From Amoebidium appalachense (taxonomy: Eukaryota > Protista > Ichthyosporea), in NCBI GenBank assembly GCA_963693365.1, contig CAVNZM010000009.1, positions 2,172,231-2,236,230 of the forward strand: DNA of 64,000 bases, written 5' to 3'. A program made the position numbers and the translations under genes. The notes under the pieces are model-generated. The model was not told the origin of the DNA. It saw nothing but the letters and a program-made list of their open reading frames with translations, and did no database searches. Position 1 is the stretch's first letter, and each line of letters begins with the position of its first letter. Of the stretch, positions 45,527-58,107 are shown piece after piece.

Positions 45527-46450
45527 TTAGTCAGTCCAGTGCATAGCCTCAATACACATCAGTAACTTATTCTGGTCTTCCAGCAACGAGTCTTCATCGG
45601 CCTTCCGTTGAATGAACTTGAGCTCCACCCGTTCGAAACACACAAGATCTCTCCCGTCTTCCTCTGTTGCTCGTGCAAACATTGTTACATCCACCAAAAA
45701 ATCGAAAAATGGAAAAAGGACGCGGGAAAGAGGTCGAACACACTCCACTGGGTCAAGCCAGCACAGCTCAAACCTTCCTTTTGCGGGTTCGCTGGCATGG
45801 TTTGCTTGGGATGGAAGGAGCAAAGTTGTGAATCTTGGCTTGTTCCCATCAACCCTTAGAACATTGCAGCGGATCGCTAGTTTTTCTAAAGGCGTGCATT
45901 CTCCCAATTCGAAATGTCCTATGGGTTTTCTTGCTCTGGACACTTTCTCAGCAAATTTACGAGGGGCAGTTAACTTTACCAAGTTTTCGAGGCCTTTAGA
46001 AAACCCAATACCCAGAACACCATGGCTTAGGCTATCCCCATGTACTGCTTCAGAAGACACAACTTTGCCGTTGTAGATAATGTCAAAGTAGAAAGTGATT
46101 TCGCGAAAACGTAGAGTTGGAACCTGTTTCAAAGCAAGCTGCTTGTTAAGTCTGTCCAGCTTGTGCCTCTCTATGTAGATGTTTCTGTATCCTCCACAAA
46201 CAGAAACAACCGTGGGAGTTGAAAACAATCCAGGAACAGCTTGAAGGCAATGTTGGGACCATATGGCATCTTCGAGAGAGATAGTGTGCCACATGCGGCA
46301 AACTAAACCTGCATTTAACAGATCTTTAGGTTCAAGTTTTTGGAAGATGAGACGGAGGAAGGGTTTGGCAGTGGTGCGTTGCCACACAGAGGCGGGTTCC
46401 ATGGCTCCGTGCGTGTGCACATTCTCACAAAATGCTGGCTGCTTCTGCAT
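45527..46450 (-). CDS. F-box domain protein, intronless, 307 aa
   Basis: N-terminal F-box PFLRLIFQKLEPKDLLNAGLVCRMWHTISLEDAIWSQHC. Uninterrupted ATG-to-TAA ORF with normal complexity. C-terminal domain not recognised. Confidence 0.85.
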   Translation of the reverse strand: MQKQPAFCENVHTHGAMEPASVWQRTTAKPFLRLIFQKLEPKDLLNAGLVCRMWHTISLEDAIWSQHCLQAVPGLFSTPTVVSVCGGYRNIYIERHKLDRLNKQLALKQVPTLRFREITFYFDIIYNGKVVSSEAVHGDSLSHGVLGIGFSKGLENLVKLTAPRKFAEKVSRARKPIGHFELGECTPLEKLAIRCNVLRVDGNKPRFTTLLLPSQANHASEPAKGRFELCWLDPVECVRPLSRVLFPFFDFLVDVTMFARATEEDGRDLVCFERVELKFIQRKADEDSLLEDQNKLLMCIEAMHWTD

Positions 46451-47143
46451 GGTTAAACTATGTCCTATTCATGACCGAAAGCCTCGATTCCTTACTGTAC
46501 TATATACGCACTATATATTCGGTCAGAACATTGCCCAGAACATCCAGGCCTCCATGGCATGCATGACGGCCTCAGCTGCAGCACTGTAGTGGCTTCGCCC
46601 GGTTCAAAACCTAATGAGCGCTGTGCCAATAAGAGCACAGACCAACTATCCACCAATAATTTCCTACTCTAGTTGCTAAGCTTTCACCGGCACACACTGT
46701 ATAAATATATGAAAAAAGACGTTTTGATCTACTGATATTTATCCAACCATGCACAAGCAAATTGGCGGGAAACTCATTCCACAAGGGAGAGAGCGAAAAC
46801 AATCCGCGGCCTGTCAGTGTCACAGTCCGTCGTCCGATCGCGAGGCACACGTGTGAACAACACAGGCACTAAACTTTGAAAAGATGACATTATGCATATA
46901 AGCATCGTTCTTCCCTCACCTTTTTTTGCCGTGGAGGACTTTAAACGTCGAAATAGAAGCCAAAGAGTAAAAGCTAGCTCTTTCCCCCCCCCCCCCTTTT
47001 GTTTCCTCCGGCAGCGTCCCCGTTGCTCCTCCACCCTAACTCCTCTTCAGATTCATTCCTTACTTTCCTAGTGAAACGTCCTTTTTCTAGTTGTCCTCGT
47101 CACGACCTTTTTTCCAGGCTTCATTTTGCTTAAAATTTCTAAA

Positions 47144-48442
47144 ATGGAGGAGCTTGAAGCTGTCCAAACCTACCTCCGCCACAAACTATCAGATGCACAC
47201 ACACCCACCGACTTTGTGGGTCCGACAGAACAACGGACCCAACTGTACGACCTTCTAAGACGAACCGTCGAAGTCGGCGAAGGGAACTCAGCCATCATCG
47301 TTGGGCCTCGTGGTAGTGGGAAAACGATGATACTCAACCATGCTTTGAGGCAATTAAGACAAGAATACTCGACCGGGCAGAAGACATTCATCGAAGTTCC
47401 CCTTTCCGGTCTCGTGCACACCACAGACCGTCTCGCCTTGAAAGAGATAGCGCGCGTTTTACGTGTGGAATACAAGGAAGATGGGGAGGAGGGTGCGGAA
47501 GAGAGTAATCCGGGGACATTTGCGCAGGTTCTGGATGGATTTTTGAAAACATTAACGAGCGGTTCAAGAAGCAGCACGGCGGTACTTTTTCTTCTGGACG
47601 AAATGGACCTTTTTACGCGTCAAGGCAAGCAGACGTTGCTGTACAATCTCTTTGATTTGTCACAATCATGCAGTGTACCAATGGGCGTAATTGGGGTGAC
47701 ATGCCGTCTCGACGTTGCCGATTTGTTCGAGAAAAGGGTGAAGTCTCGTTTCTCGCACAGATACATCCATGTCTACAACTCTCTAACACATGATCAATGC
47801 TTTTCCCTGTGCGAAAAAACACTTTCCCTCGAGTCTGATTTTCAGGAGACACACAAGCATCTATCCGGTTTCACCAAGAAATGGAACAAGGGGATAACCG
47901 AAATGATGAAGGATGGGGACCTTCGAAACATTCTCCGTGAAAACAGAGATCGGGACAAAAGTGTACGTGCGCTTTTCGACCTTCTGCGCCCGACAATATA
48001 CCGTTTGAACCCCGAACAACCCGGTCCAACAGCGCACATGATCAAGCAAACATTCATCACGTATATCACCGATGACCGAGAAGGGACACTCTCCGGTTTG
48101 TCTGTTCTGGAACTGTGCTTGCTCATTGCGGCGTCGCATGTTACCACACGGTACGATCAGGACACGTTCGATTTCGAGACGGTGCACGAGGAATACAAGA
48201 ATTTCGCGTTGGCAAGACACAACGCGGTGTATTTCTTTAACAAGTCGGTTGCCTTTAAAGCGTACGAGCGACTCCTTCAGTTGGAGCTATTTGCCGAGGT
48301 GTCTGGTGGGGTGGGTAACGCACGCAGTTTGAAGCAATTTCGCGCTGTGCGGATGATGATTGGAACCGATGTTGTGGAGGCAGCTGTGCGGAGGCACCCG
48401 GAGTGCCCGACGGCTGTATCGAAATGGGCTGCACATCGATAA
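47144..48442 (+). CDS. ORC4: Origin recognition complex subunit 4 (AAA+), intronless CDS
   Basis: GEGNSAIIVGPRGSGKT (Walker A), FLLDEMDLF (Walker B), QTLLYNLFD, EKRVKSRFSHR, and C-terminal GLSVLELCLLIA...KAYERL winged-helix region are ORC4 signatures. First ATG at 47144; the ORF is open from 47126. Confidence 0.95.
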   Translation: MEELEAVQTYLRHKLSDAHTPTDFVGPTEQRTQLYDLLRRTVEVGEGNSAIIVGPRGSGKTMILNHALRQLRQEYSTGQKTFIEVPLSGLVHTTDRLALKEIARVLRVEYKEDGEEGAEESNPGTFAQVLDGFLKTLTSGSRSSTAVLFLLDEMDLFTRQGKQTLLYNLFDLSQSCSVPMGVIGVTCRLDVADLFEKRVKSRFSHRYIHVYNSLTHDQCFSLCEKTLSLESDFQETHKHLSGFTKKWNKGITEMMKDGDLRNILRENRDRDKSVRALFDLLRPTIYRLNPEQPGPTAHMIKQTFITYITDDREGTLSGLSVLELCLLIAASHVTTRYDQDTFDFETVHEEYKNFALARHNAVYFFNKSVAFKAYERLLQLELFAEVSGGVGNARSLKQFRAVRMMIGTDVVEAAVRRHPECPTAVSKWAAHR

Positions 48443-48667
48443 ATAGATGGTTGGTAATGATATCTATAAATAGTCATGTGGTTAGGTTCATGCAGGCTGT
48501 TGTGTTAATGCCAATTTGGTTCTGTATATATTTTATGACTAGGTTTATGTAGTTGTTCTCTGTAAGAAGCAGGTGTTGTGTTCACAGAGAGAGAAGAACG
48601 ATTACGGAAGTGTGCCTTCTTTTTTTTTTTACCTCGGCATTTTTTTCTTCTTTCCCGGTTAGTCTCC

Positions 48668-48780
<113 letters not shown>

Positions 48781-48814
48781 TTTTTTTTTTGTTTTTGTTT
48801 TTTGGTTTCATTTT

Positions 48815-48852
<38 letters not shown>

Positions 48853-49505
48853 CTTTTCGGGTGTATTTGGACATTGATTTTGGGTTGTGTTACCACCACC
48901 TGTAAGCCTCCATGTAGTTATATAATTTCCCTTTACCCCCCCCCCCCCCCCCCCCCCCCCCTTCCCCTTCCTTTCCTGAGACATCCCCTCTAGTTAAGGG
49001 CAACAATGTATGCTACGCATAGAATTACTGTGTACAAGATGACTCGGATGTGATAAAACGGGCACTTCTACTTGCATATGCTGGTAGGCAACCAAAGGAA
49101 CGAAAAAGATCACGTCACTTACTCTCCCCCCTCCCTCCTCCCCCCCCCTCTCCCCCCTTCCCTCCCTCCTTTCCAGCCCCTCCTCCTTCGCGGCTTCCCC
49201 TCATCGCCTTGCCCCCCTCCCCCCTCCCCCCTTTGCCCTCCCAAAAGTGGTCACCATCCCCGCCATTACCACAAGTCAAAGCCTCGCCAAACATTTGCTA
49301 TTTCCCCTGCATCATTCATCTCATTCCCGTCACCAGCCTTCCCCTCCGATCACGAACTCCGCCTTTTCTGTTCGCCTATTTTGTGGCACATGTAGGCACA
49401 CACACGAGCGGATACTGCCCGTGCACGCACACACACACTGTGCGCGGGGGCGCACACACATACACATCAACATGATCATGAAGAATTCCAACTATGATGT
49501 ATAAC

Positions 49506-49543
<38 letters not shown>

Positions 49544-49701
49544 TTCAAGGCTTTGCAAAAGGATGTGTGTGGTATACGTGTCGAGCATGTGATGGTGCAT
49601 GCACACGAAATGGTGGCGTATTTTCGATTACGTCGCCTGCACCGCACATGTATTGGTAGTGTTCATGTGTGTGTGCGTGTGTTAGGAGGAAGGGGGGTGT
49701 C

Positions 49702-49732
<31 letters not shown>

Positions 49733-49885
49733 TGTGCGTATGTGGGTGTGTGTGTGTGTGTGTGTGGGTGTGTGTTTGTGGGTGGGTGGGTGGTAGACCA
49801 TGAGTGGGCGGGGGGAGGGGAATTGGGATGTTGCAATGGGGTGTGGGGGGTGAGTGGTGGGGGGGGGGGGTGGGGGGTGAGTGGT

Positions 49886-49917
<32 letters not shown>

Positions 49918-50456
49918 GTCTCGAAGAAGGAAGGGGGGTTGGATATGGAGTTTTGTACCCAGGCGCATTGCAATACAATACGGAAGGTAAGATTCAGGAT
50001 TATACGAGGGCAGTACACAGTACCATTTAGGGCCCTTACAGTCCAAAAAAGCAACAATCATCGATCATGTTTACAGGAAAGATGTATGTACAAACACGTA
50101 CGGTGATTATTAATAAAAAAATAGTAGTAATTTTTAGGACCCAACAAAAAGGAAGATATATGGAGCACATACTGGTCATTACTCCACAAAAATCAACATA
50201 TTCACCCGATCATTTGCCTAATACTAAAAAATACAGGGTGTTTATGACTTGAGCACCAATCATGCACCAACCGGAACCATCCGTAGTGCTATAAAGCAAG
50301 AAAAGTGATCATGGTAAATGACTCAAAGAACAGCTATATACATTATTCCTCCCGTTGTACAGATACTCCCCCCCCCCCCCCCCCCCCCCCCCAACACACA
50401 CACACCACCACCACCACCACACAAACATCTACTACAACCCACACCCATGCATCCAA

Positions 50457-50487
<31 letters not shown>

Positions 50488-50732
50488 TCCAATCTCCCCC
50501 CCCCCCCCCCTCCCCCCTTCCAAAGTGATCTCACCCCCTTCCGTCCAGAAAAAAGCATGAGCGGAGCAACACTTGATCGAATCCTCACGATTTCATACCT
50601 TGTATGGCCGATCCGATCAAACCGAATCGAGCTCGACCAATATGAATCAATGTCAGTGCATGCACAGTGCCTGCACCCACCCACTACCCGCCTGCCCACC
50701 CACCCACGGCCACACCTTATATTAGGCCCGTG

Positions 50733-50898
50733 CTAGGCCAAAATATTCTTGAAGATGTTTTCTTCCTTCTTGCTGTGTACTTTCAACTTCTCTTTGAGGC
50801 GTTTCTGTGCGTCTTTGATTGCTTTGTCTGTCGGCTGTAAAGGACAAGGACATCACTGGTCAGTTCTGCCCCACAACCACATCCCCTCGCCTTCCCTA

Positions 50899-50995
<97 letters not shown>

Positions 50996-50999
50996 ACAG

Positions 51000-51032
<33 letters not shown>

Positions 51033-51748
51033 TACACAAACACGCACACACACACATGCTACGTGACACATACACAAAATCTCTCTCTTCTCCCCCCCCT
51101 CCCCCCCCCCCCCCCCCCCCTCTCTCTCCCCTTCTCCCCCTACACCTCGCTCCCTCCCTCCGTCCCTCTCTGTAGCCACCCACTTTGTATCCCCCCCCCC
51201 CCAAAAAAAAAATGTGTCAGACATGAAAACACTTCAGTCGTTTCACAGCCTTTCGTTCTTTCTTTTATTTAAGTGGGCTAAGAAAGGATGCTTCAGTGGA
51301 GGAGAGCAAGGGGGGGAGGAGGTGGCAGGGGGAGGGAGGGGTGGAGGGGAGAGAGAGAGAGAGGGGGGGGGGGGGGGGGGGGGGGGGGGATTTGCATCTT
51401 GCTTATATGTTCATAATGGCAAGGGGACCTCATTCGTCATGGGTGGCTGCGTCATGAAAGCTTTGTGTGTGGTGTGCTGGGGGGGGGGGGGGGGGCAGGA
51501 TGTGTTTTAGAGCACGAAGTTCACATTCATAGTGGACAACACAGTGCAGAGTGCAAACCAAACACAAAGAGTATGCATAATAAACCGAAAAAAGGGGGGG
51601 GGGGGGAGGAGGGGCGAGATTGCGTTACAGAGTACAAAGGTTTATAACGAACCACACAATGCAGATTTCGAAAAGCACACACAAAAAGAGTATGCGTGGG
51701 TGCCTGTGTCCGTGTGTGTGTGTGAGTGTGTGCGACGGCAGGCGGCGG

Positions 51749-51793
<45 letters not shown>

Positions 51794-52445
51794 GGAGGGG
51801 GGGGTGGGTGGGGGGCTCTTTCATTCAACACCTACCGATACATGTTCTGCGCTACGCAACGCATCTTCTGCCCCAGCCAGATCCCCCAACTCCAATAGGG
51901 CAAGGCCTAGACGGTAGTGGGCCTTAACATTGGTGGGGTGGTCTTTAAGAACCTGAGAGAAAAAAAGAGGATTGGGTGTGGTGAGTGATCTGTCAGCATC
52001 TGAGAGAAAGAAATGGATTGGGTGCGGTGAGAAGGTGGAGGAGGGGGAGGGGGGGGGGGGGGGGGGGGGGGGAGAAGGGGGAGGGGGGGGGGGGGAGTTG
52101 TGGAGATAGGAAGGCAGAAGGAGAGAGAGGTGTGGGGATGTGTGGTTAGAAGGGGGCGGAAGGAGGTTGGGAATGGGGAGGGAGGAGGGATTGGGGGGGG
52201 AAAGGGGGGGTTATGTAAGGGGGGAGAGCAAGGCGAGGAGGGGTGGGGGGGTGTTTTTTTATAGTTGTTTTTGAAGCAAGTACGGGTGGGGGGATAGAGC
52301 GGTGACGACAAAATGGGGAAGGGAACCGTGGTGGCGGGTGGGAGGGAGATCAGGTGAGGTGTTAATTGAAAAAAGGTGAGAAGAGGGTGTAGGACGTAAT
52401 ATCGGGAAAGGGTGTGTGTGTGTGTATGTGTGTGTGTGGGGAGGG

Positions 52446-52477
<32 letters not shown>

Positions 52478-52832
52478 TAAGAAATATGCACAGAGTAAGA
52501 GTGCAAAACACTTAGAGAGGAGACAAACACGACAGCACAAACACAGCTGGGCTGTGCAGACTGGGGGGGGGGGGGGGGGGGGGGGGGGGGGAGGGGGGGG
52601 GAGAAGGGGGAGGGGAGAGGGGCGAAGGGGGAGGGGATGATGATGTATGCAGTTGAGGGTTGGAAATATGGAAAGGGAGGGCGGGGCACAATCAAGCCCG
52701 TTACATATGTAGGACAGTGTGTGTGTGTGTGTGTGTGTGTATAAGTGTGAGTGTGAGTGTGAGTGTGAGTGTGAGTGTGAGTGTGAGTGTGAGTGTGAGT
52801 GTGAGTGTGAGTGTGAGTGTGAGTGTGAGTGT

Positions 52833-52865
<33 letters not shown>

Positions 52866-53422
52866 CACGCGCGCGCGCGCGTGTGCGCGCGTGTATGTGT
52901 TTCATTTTTTTGTGGAGGGGGGGGGGGGGGGAGGGGGGAGGGGGAGAAGGGGGGGAGAGGGGGGAGGGGACGGGGGTACATCACACACGTAAATAAACCC
53001 GTTATGGGGTATACTGTAGTTTCCTTTTTCATTTGGTCACCTTTTTTTTCGTTCTTCTTCCCTTTCTCTTCTTTTTTTCCCCCTTATCTTTGTTTTTGAG
53101 GAGAGCAGCAATGGGGAAGTCGTACCTCTTTGGCCTTTTCTGCAGCCTTCTCCCACATCTCTAGCTTTAGTAGACACACTGTGACAATGTAAAATTATTA
53201 TTTCATGGAGATGAATTACATCTTCCCCTCTCACCCCCCCTACCCCCTCCCCCCTACTCTCTCTCTCTCTCTCTCTCTCCCCCCCCCTCCCCCCCCCCCC
53301 CCCCCTCCCCCTCTCAACCACATACACACAAACACACACACACACACACGCACACACGCCCCCCCCCCCCCCCCCCCCCACACACACACACATACACGTC
53401 CTCTAATGTATTTAAGGGTTAG

Positions 53423-53465
<43 letters not shown>

Positions 53466-54370
53466 TTCCCCTTTCCCTTCTCCTGGAGCGAACCGAGACA
53501 ACCCATCGTATCCATACATCCCCCCTCCCCTCCCCCGCCCCCTCTCTTCGCCCATCCTTTGCCTCTGATGCCTAACAAAGGAAGAAACCTTCTCTTGTGT
53601 GTGTGGGCCAGCGTATGAAAGTATGGGACATGGGGGGGGAGGGGTGTTTGTGTGGGTGCGTGTTTGTGTGTGTGCGTGTTCGCGTGTGTGCATGGGACCA
53701 TGCAAGTGTGTGTGTCGGTGCAGCAACGAAGAGGGGAAGGGGTGGGGGGCGGCGGCGCGGTGGGGAGAGGGTGGGGGGGGAGAAGCGCGAAGAGAGAAGA
53801 GAGAAGAGAGAAGAGAGAGGGGGGGTGGGGGGAGGGGGGAGAGAGGGAAGAGGGGAGAGAGAGCGCGAGGGGGGGGGGAGAGAGAGGGGAGAGAGGGGGG
53901 AAGAGAGAGAGAGAGAGAGAAGAGGGGAGAGGGGGGGGGGGGAGGGGTCACCTACTGACACTGTTGAGCCTCAGGGTTAGCACTAGCTCCTTCCCAAACG
54001 CATCCTGTGCCCGAGTTTGAGCTGTCGAGCAATCTCTGCTCTCGGACAGGCTGCGGAATGCTGACACACCTTCAAGCCCCTTGACGTGCATGTACCCCTG
54101 GACGACATGGGACAAGAGGGTCGGAGAAAGGTTGAAACGAGGGCGACGGGAGGAGGGGAGGGATGGGGGGAGGGCGGAGAGCTGTGGGGAGGGGGTGGTG
54201 AGGGGAGGGGGGGGGGGGTGGGGATGTTATGCTGGGGAGGATGGTGGGCACACATGTTCATGACCGTGTATAGAGTTAGCGAGGGGGGGTGGGAGGGGTT
54301 TTTTGACGATAGAAGGGGCAGGGAGAGAGAGGGAGCGGGACGATGATTGGTGGGGGGGGGGGGGGGAGGG

Positions 54371-54413
<43 letters not shown>

Positions 54414-54727
54414 AAGTCCTGATGTTAGTTGCTGCGGCGGGCATGGAATAGTGAGCTTAGGGGAAGACGGTGGGATAGCAAGCGGGACGGATGCAGGCTC
54501 CCGGGGGGGGGGGGGGGGGGAGGGGGGGGGGGGGGGGGGGAGAGGGGGGAGGGGGAGGGAGGGAGGGGGCGGGAGGGAAAGGGGGGTCCGTGTGGGGGGG
54601 GGGGAGGGGGGAGGGGGGGGGAGGGAGAAAGGGGGGTTGTACCACAACCAAACTTATACAGCTCAGCCACTCGTCAAAGCTCGCCTTCCACCTTCTTTCA
54701 GTCTAAACAAGCTTGAGTCACCCGCCT

Positions 54728-54759
<32 letters not shown>

Positions 54760-55192
54760 CCCACGTCCAAAGTTTTTCCCATCCAGTAATGCTCTGTCAG
54801 GCTCTGGTGACATACTGCCCACTCCCTCTCCCCTCCCGCTCGCCGAAGTCATGTTCTGAGAAAAGAAGTAACTCCATCTCCCCTCTCCCCTTCCCTTCCC
54901 CACCTTCCCTTGCCGTTTCCCGCCCCCCCCCCCCCCCCCCCCTCTCTCTCTCCCCTCCCCCCCTCCCCCTCCCCTCCCCCCCCCCCCCCAAAAAAAAACC
55001 CCACCCCTCCGTCTAGTGTAACCTCGCTTTCCACTTTCTCTACCTCACAGTTGCCCCTTTCCTCACCCATACCTGCCAGTACAGCCTGTATGCCTCCTTG
55101 TACTTCTGCTCCTTGAACAGCTGGTTTGCTTGGTCCTTGAGTTGGGTCGCAGTGTCAAGCTGCCTCTGGACATGTTCGGGATTGAACGCCAT
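50733..55192 (-). CDS. TPR protein, TTC9/TTC9C-like, 5 coding exons, ~177 aa
   Basis: Exons 55192-55073, 54097-53956, 53178-53126, 51952-51836, 50834-50733 (534 nt, phases consistent). LKDQANQLFKEQKYKEAYRLY, LNSVMCLLKLEMWEKA, PTNVKAHYRLGLALLELGD, and PTDKAIKD...KKEENIFKNIL*. Probable 5'UTR intron 55559-55219. Missed by the ORF track. Confidence 0.85.
52745..52838. repeat. (GTGTGA)n hexanucleotide microsatellite
   Basis: About 15 perfect copies in an intron of the TPR gene. Confidence 0.9.
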
Positions 55193-55616
55193 GTTGTCAA
55201 GGCTTTCCAAAGGCTGACCTAAAAAATGAAAAGAAGCAAGTGATTTATATTATTCAATTTATATTAGTCAATTCTAAAAGCAGAAAAACACGTTTTCAAA
55301 CAACTGCCTAAGAACCCTTCAGAAAAAAACCTGCTCTGTCCCCAATCCCATGGGTCACTCTGGCAGTTTGGGATGGACCATTGGACACAGAAGTGTAGTA
55401 TACAATGAAAGACTCCATGTAACAATCTAACCCAGATATCTAGGTAGCCTATAGCGGCTACGGTACATTGATGATGCATGGTGTTAGACTAAGGATGACG
55501 AAGTGCCACGGACACGGACATATCGCATTGCTGTTGGCCCCATAGATCGATTTGCATACCTGCGAGTCGAGTGACTCTTCTCTAATTTGTGAGCAAAGAA
55601 CGTGACCTGTAGGTCG

Positions 55617-55658
55617 CTATAACCACGGCCCTCTGAAAAAAGAGGGCCGTGCTATAAC
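55617..55658. mobile_element. 28-bp inverted-repeat remnant with 7-bp target-site duplication (DNA-transposon footprint or minimal MITE)
   Basis: CTATAAC + CACGGCCCTCT-GAAAAA-AGAGGGCCGTG (55624-55651) + CTATAAC. Confidence 0.65.
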
Positions 55659-55779
55659 AATACAAATGGTGTGTTATAGCAGCGCTAAAGGACAATTATT
55701 TAACCTTTTTAAGCATTCCCCTCTCTTTGTGTCCTACAGTCACAGTCCTACTTTCAGTGATCACATGCGTTTATATGCC

Positions 55780-56745
55780 ACTCGATGATCCGAATTCGCG
55801 ATCCATCACTGATCATTTGTTTCAAACGGATGATCGACCGTCGGGTGGAGAGTGCAGCCGGGCAGGTGTCTTCGGTTATTTAGGGATGTGTATCTTGCTA
55901 ATCATTCTAATACTGTACACCTATACAACCGTCTTAGTATATTTCGCACATATATTCGCCCTTGCCTGAATACGGGTTGCCCTTACTAGCTATGGCACCG
56001 CCTAATGCTGTTGATAATGTCCTCCAATCAATAGATGATTTCCACTACACAACTTGTACGTTTCTCACTGGTCTTTCCACACCTATCCCTACAATAGACG
56101 CCTTTTTGATTCTCTCTACGCACTCACCACCATCACAACGCGTACACGCTTTGGCCCTTAAATTTCACGAGCACATCACCCGCCCGTCCGCTTGTGCCCC
56201 GGACCACCCTGTCTTCCGGCTACACGTATCCCCGCCGGACTCGCCCCTCCGAGTACCTCTTCCCTTCGAATCGCATCGTCTCTGCCCATTGTCGAGCGTT
56301 ATGCGGAATGGCTGGCGACCCCACCGGAGGTACGGCTAGATCATAGTGTGAATATGAATAGTGTCAAGTCTATGGCTGATAGATATATATCTTTTTACTC
56401 GTGTTGAGTCCCTTCCTGTGTTAGGACCGTAAATACACCAACTACTAGTAGCCTATATGGCGGATATGGTTAGAGAGTCTCGTTCCTACATAGATTCGTT
56501 TATTCGTAATGTGGTGTGGTGTAAAAACGCAAAGATGCATATGATTATGGCTTGGCGGTGTAATCGGTTTCTGGTGTCTCCTGCTCGGATGTGTAATATG
56601 TGTGGGGGGCGGTTTACTCGCGGATGCATATCTATCAATAAGTGTAACCTGTTAGCTAACTTAATAGAACCGGATACTGGCAGCCGAATGCGGGGCTCCC
56701 GTCTGCTAAAAAGGGGCCAGAGGCCATGCCCCTCTTGCAAAAAAC
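55780..56745 (+). mobile_element. Decayed, 5'-truncated non-LTR retrotransposon (LINE-like) ORF2 fragment
   Basis: Across frameshifts it reads GVFGYLGM (RT YLG motif), YNRLSIFRTYIRPC[fs]EYGLPLL (RT thumb IRPxLEYG), then MIMAWRCN...[18 protein letters not shown] (C-terminal zinc-knuckle-like). Boundaries approximate. Confidence 0.7.
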
Positions 56746-56802
56746 GTTTTTATGCATGTGCTTGTGTTGAAGTGCGTGCTGTTTGTCACAGTGTGTGTTT
56801 GC

Positions 56803-56885
<83 letters not shown>

Positions 56886-57156
56886 CGTGTCACAATAACG
56901 GTGCGTGCACGTGTAGTCTATTTAAATCTACAGTGTGTGTGGGTGGGCGGTGTGTATATAGGTGTATATCATGGTGTGTGTCTGCCAGTGGTGTGCACGT
57001 GTGTGTGTGCGCGTGTGTGTGATTTAATTGTGTGTGTGTGCGTGTGTGTGTGTGTGTGCACGTGTATGTGCATCTTTGTGTGTGTGTGTGTGTGTGACTG
57101 TGTGTGTGTGTGTGCACGTGTGTATGTGCACGAGAAAGAGAGATCGAGAGAGAGAG

Positions 57157-57190
<34 letters not shown>

Positions 57191-57419
57191 TGTTTCTGCC
57201 GGTGCGTCCTATTTTTATTTTTATTTTTTATTTTTATTTATTTTTTATTTTTTTATTTTTTATTTTTTATTTTTTTTTTGGAGGGGGGGGCCGGGGGGGG
57301 GGGGGGGGGGGGGGGGAGTGTTGATAAACACTCTTCCCACGGCAACTTGGGACAGAAAGAGTTTCTTTGTAGATGGGTGGCCATATGGTTTTAGACACAT
57401 GACCAAAATAAAAATTGCA

Positions 57420-57637
57420 GGGTGGGGGTTCCACCCTGGTGGTACCGTGTGGGCATGTTTCATCCACAACGTGTACACCTTTAAAAAATTATTCAGTGGG
57501 GGTTCCACCCTGGTTGTACCGTGTGGGCATGTTTCATCCACAACGTGTACACCTTAATTTTCAAGAAATAGCAGAGCGGGGGTTCCACTCTAGTAGAAGT
57601 ACCGTGTGGGCATGTTTCATCCAGCACGTGTACACAT
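57420..57637. repeat. Three degenerate ~74-80-bp tandem units
   Basis: Core GGGGTTCCACCCTGGT(G/T)GTACCGTGTGGGCATGTTTCATCCACAACGTGTACAC at ~57424, ~57499 and ~57579, with related A-rich linkers. Confidence 0.85.
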
Positions 57638-57901
57638 TGAATTAAAACAGAATGAAATTGGTAAGAAAGAGAAAACAGAGGGAAAGAAAAATACATAGAT
57701 ATAAGATGAGGAGGAGGGAATGTAGTTTGATAGACCACATAATACCGCAACACACACACGTCACATTCACAACAGACACCAAGAAAGATAGCCTACCTGA
57801 AAATTACAACATCCTTGATTTTATACTAAACACACGTAACTACACCTGTTTATTAGATGTATTGATTGGCTTGAGAAACACATTATTACAAAATTCTAGC
57901 G

Positions 57902-57980
<79 letters not shown>

Positions 57981-58107
57981 CCAGCTGATACCCAGTGTCC
58001 CAGGGGAGCCCGGAAAAAAAAAAAGAAAAAAAAAAAAAAGAAAAAAAACGGGGAACCCCAACTAATTGATTTTTCTTAGTCTTTATGGTGTCTCGTAGAG
58101 AAAGTAA

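Noticed and set aside
46585-46615. GGTTCAAAACC B-box-like motif or tRNA
   Set aside because: No cloverleaf could be folded, and a single short motif is expected by chance.
56457-57557. 366-aa ORF as a real gene
   Set aside because: Only the first ~95 codons are complex (LINE C-terminus); the rest runs through GT and T-rich repeats.
57420-57637. CRISPR-like repeat-spacer appearance
   Set aside because: Only three units, the repeat is too long, the linkers resemble each other, there are no cas genes, and the context is eukaryotic.
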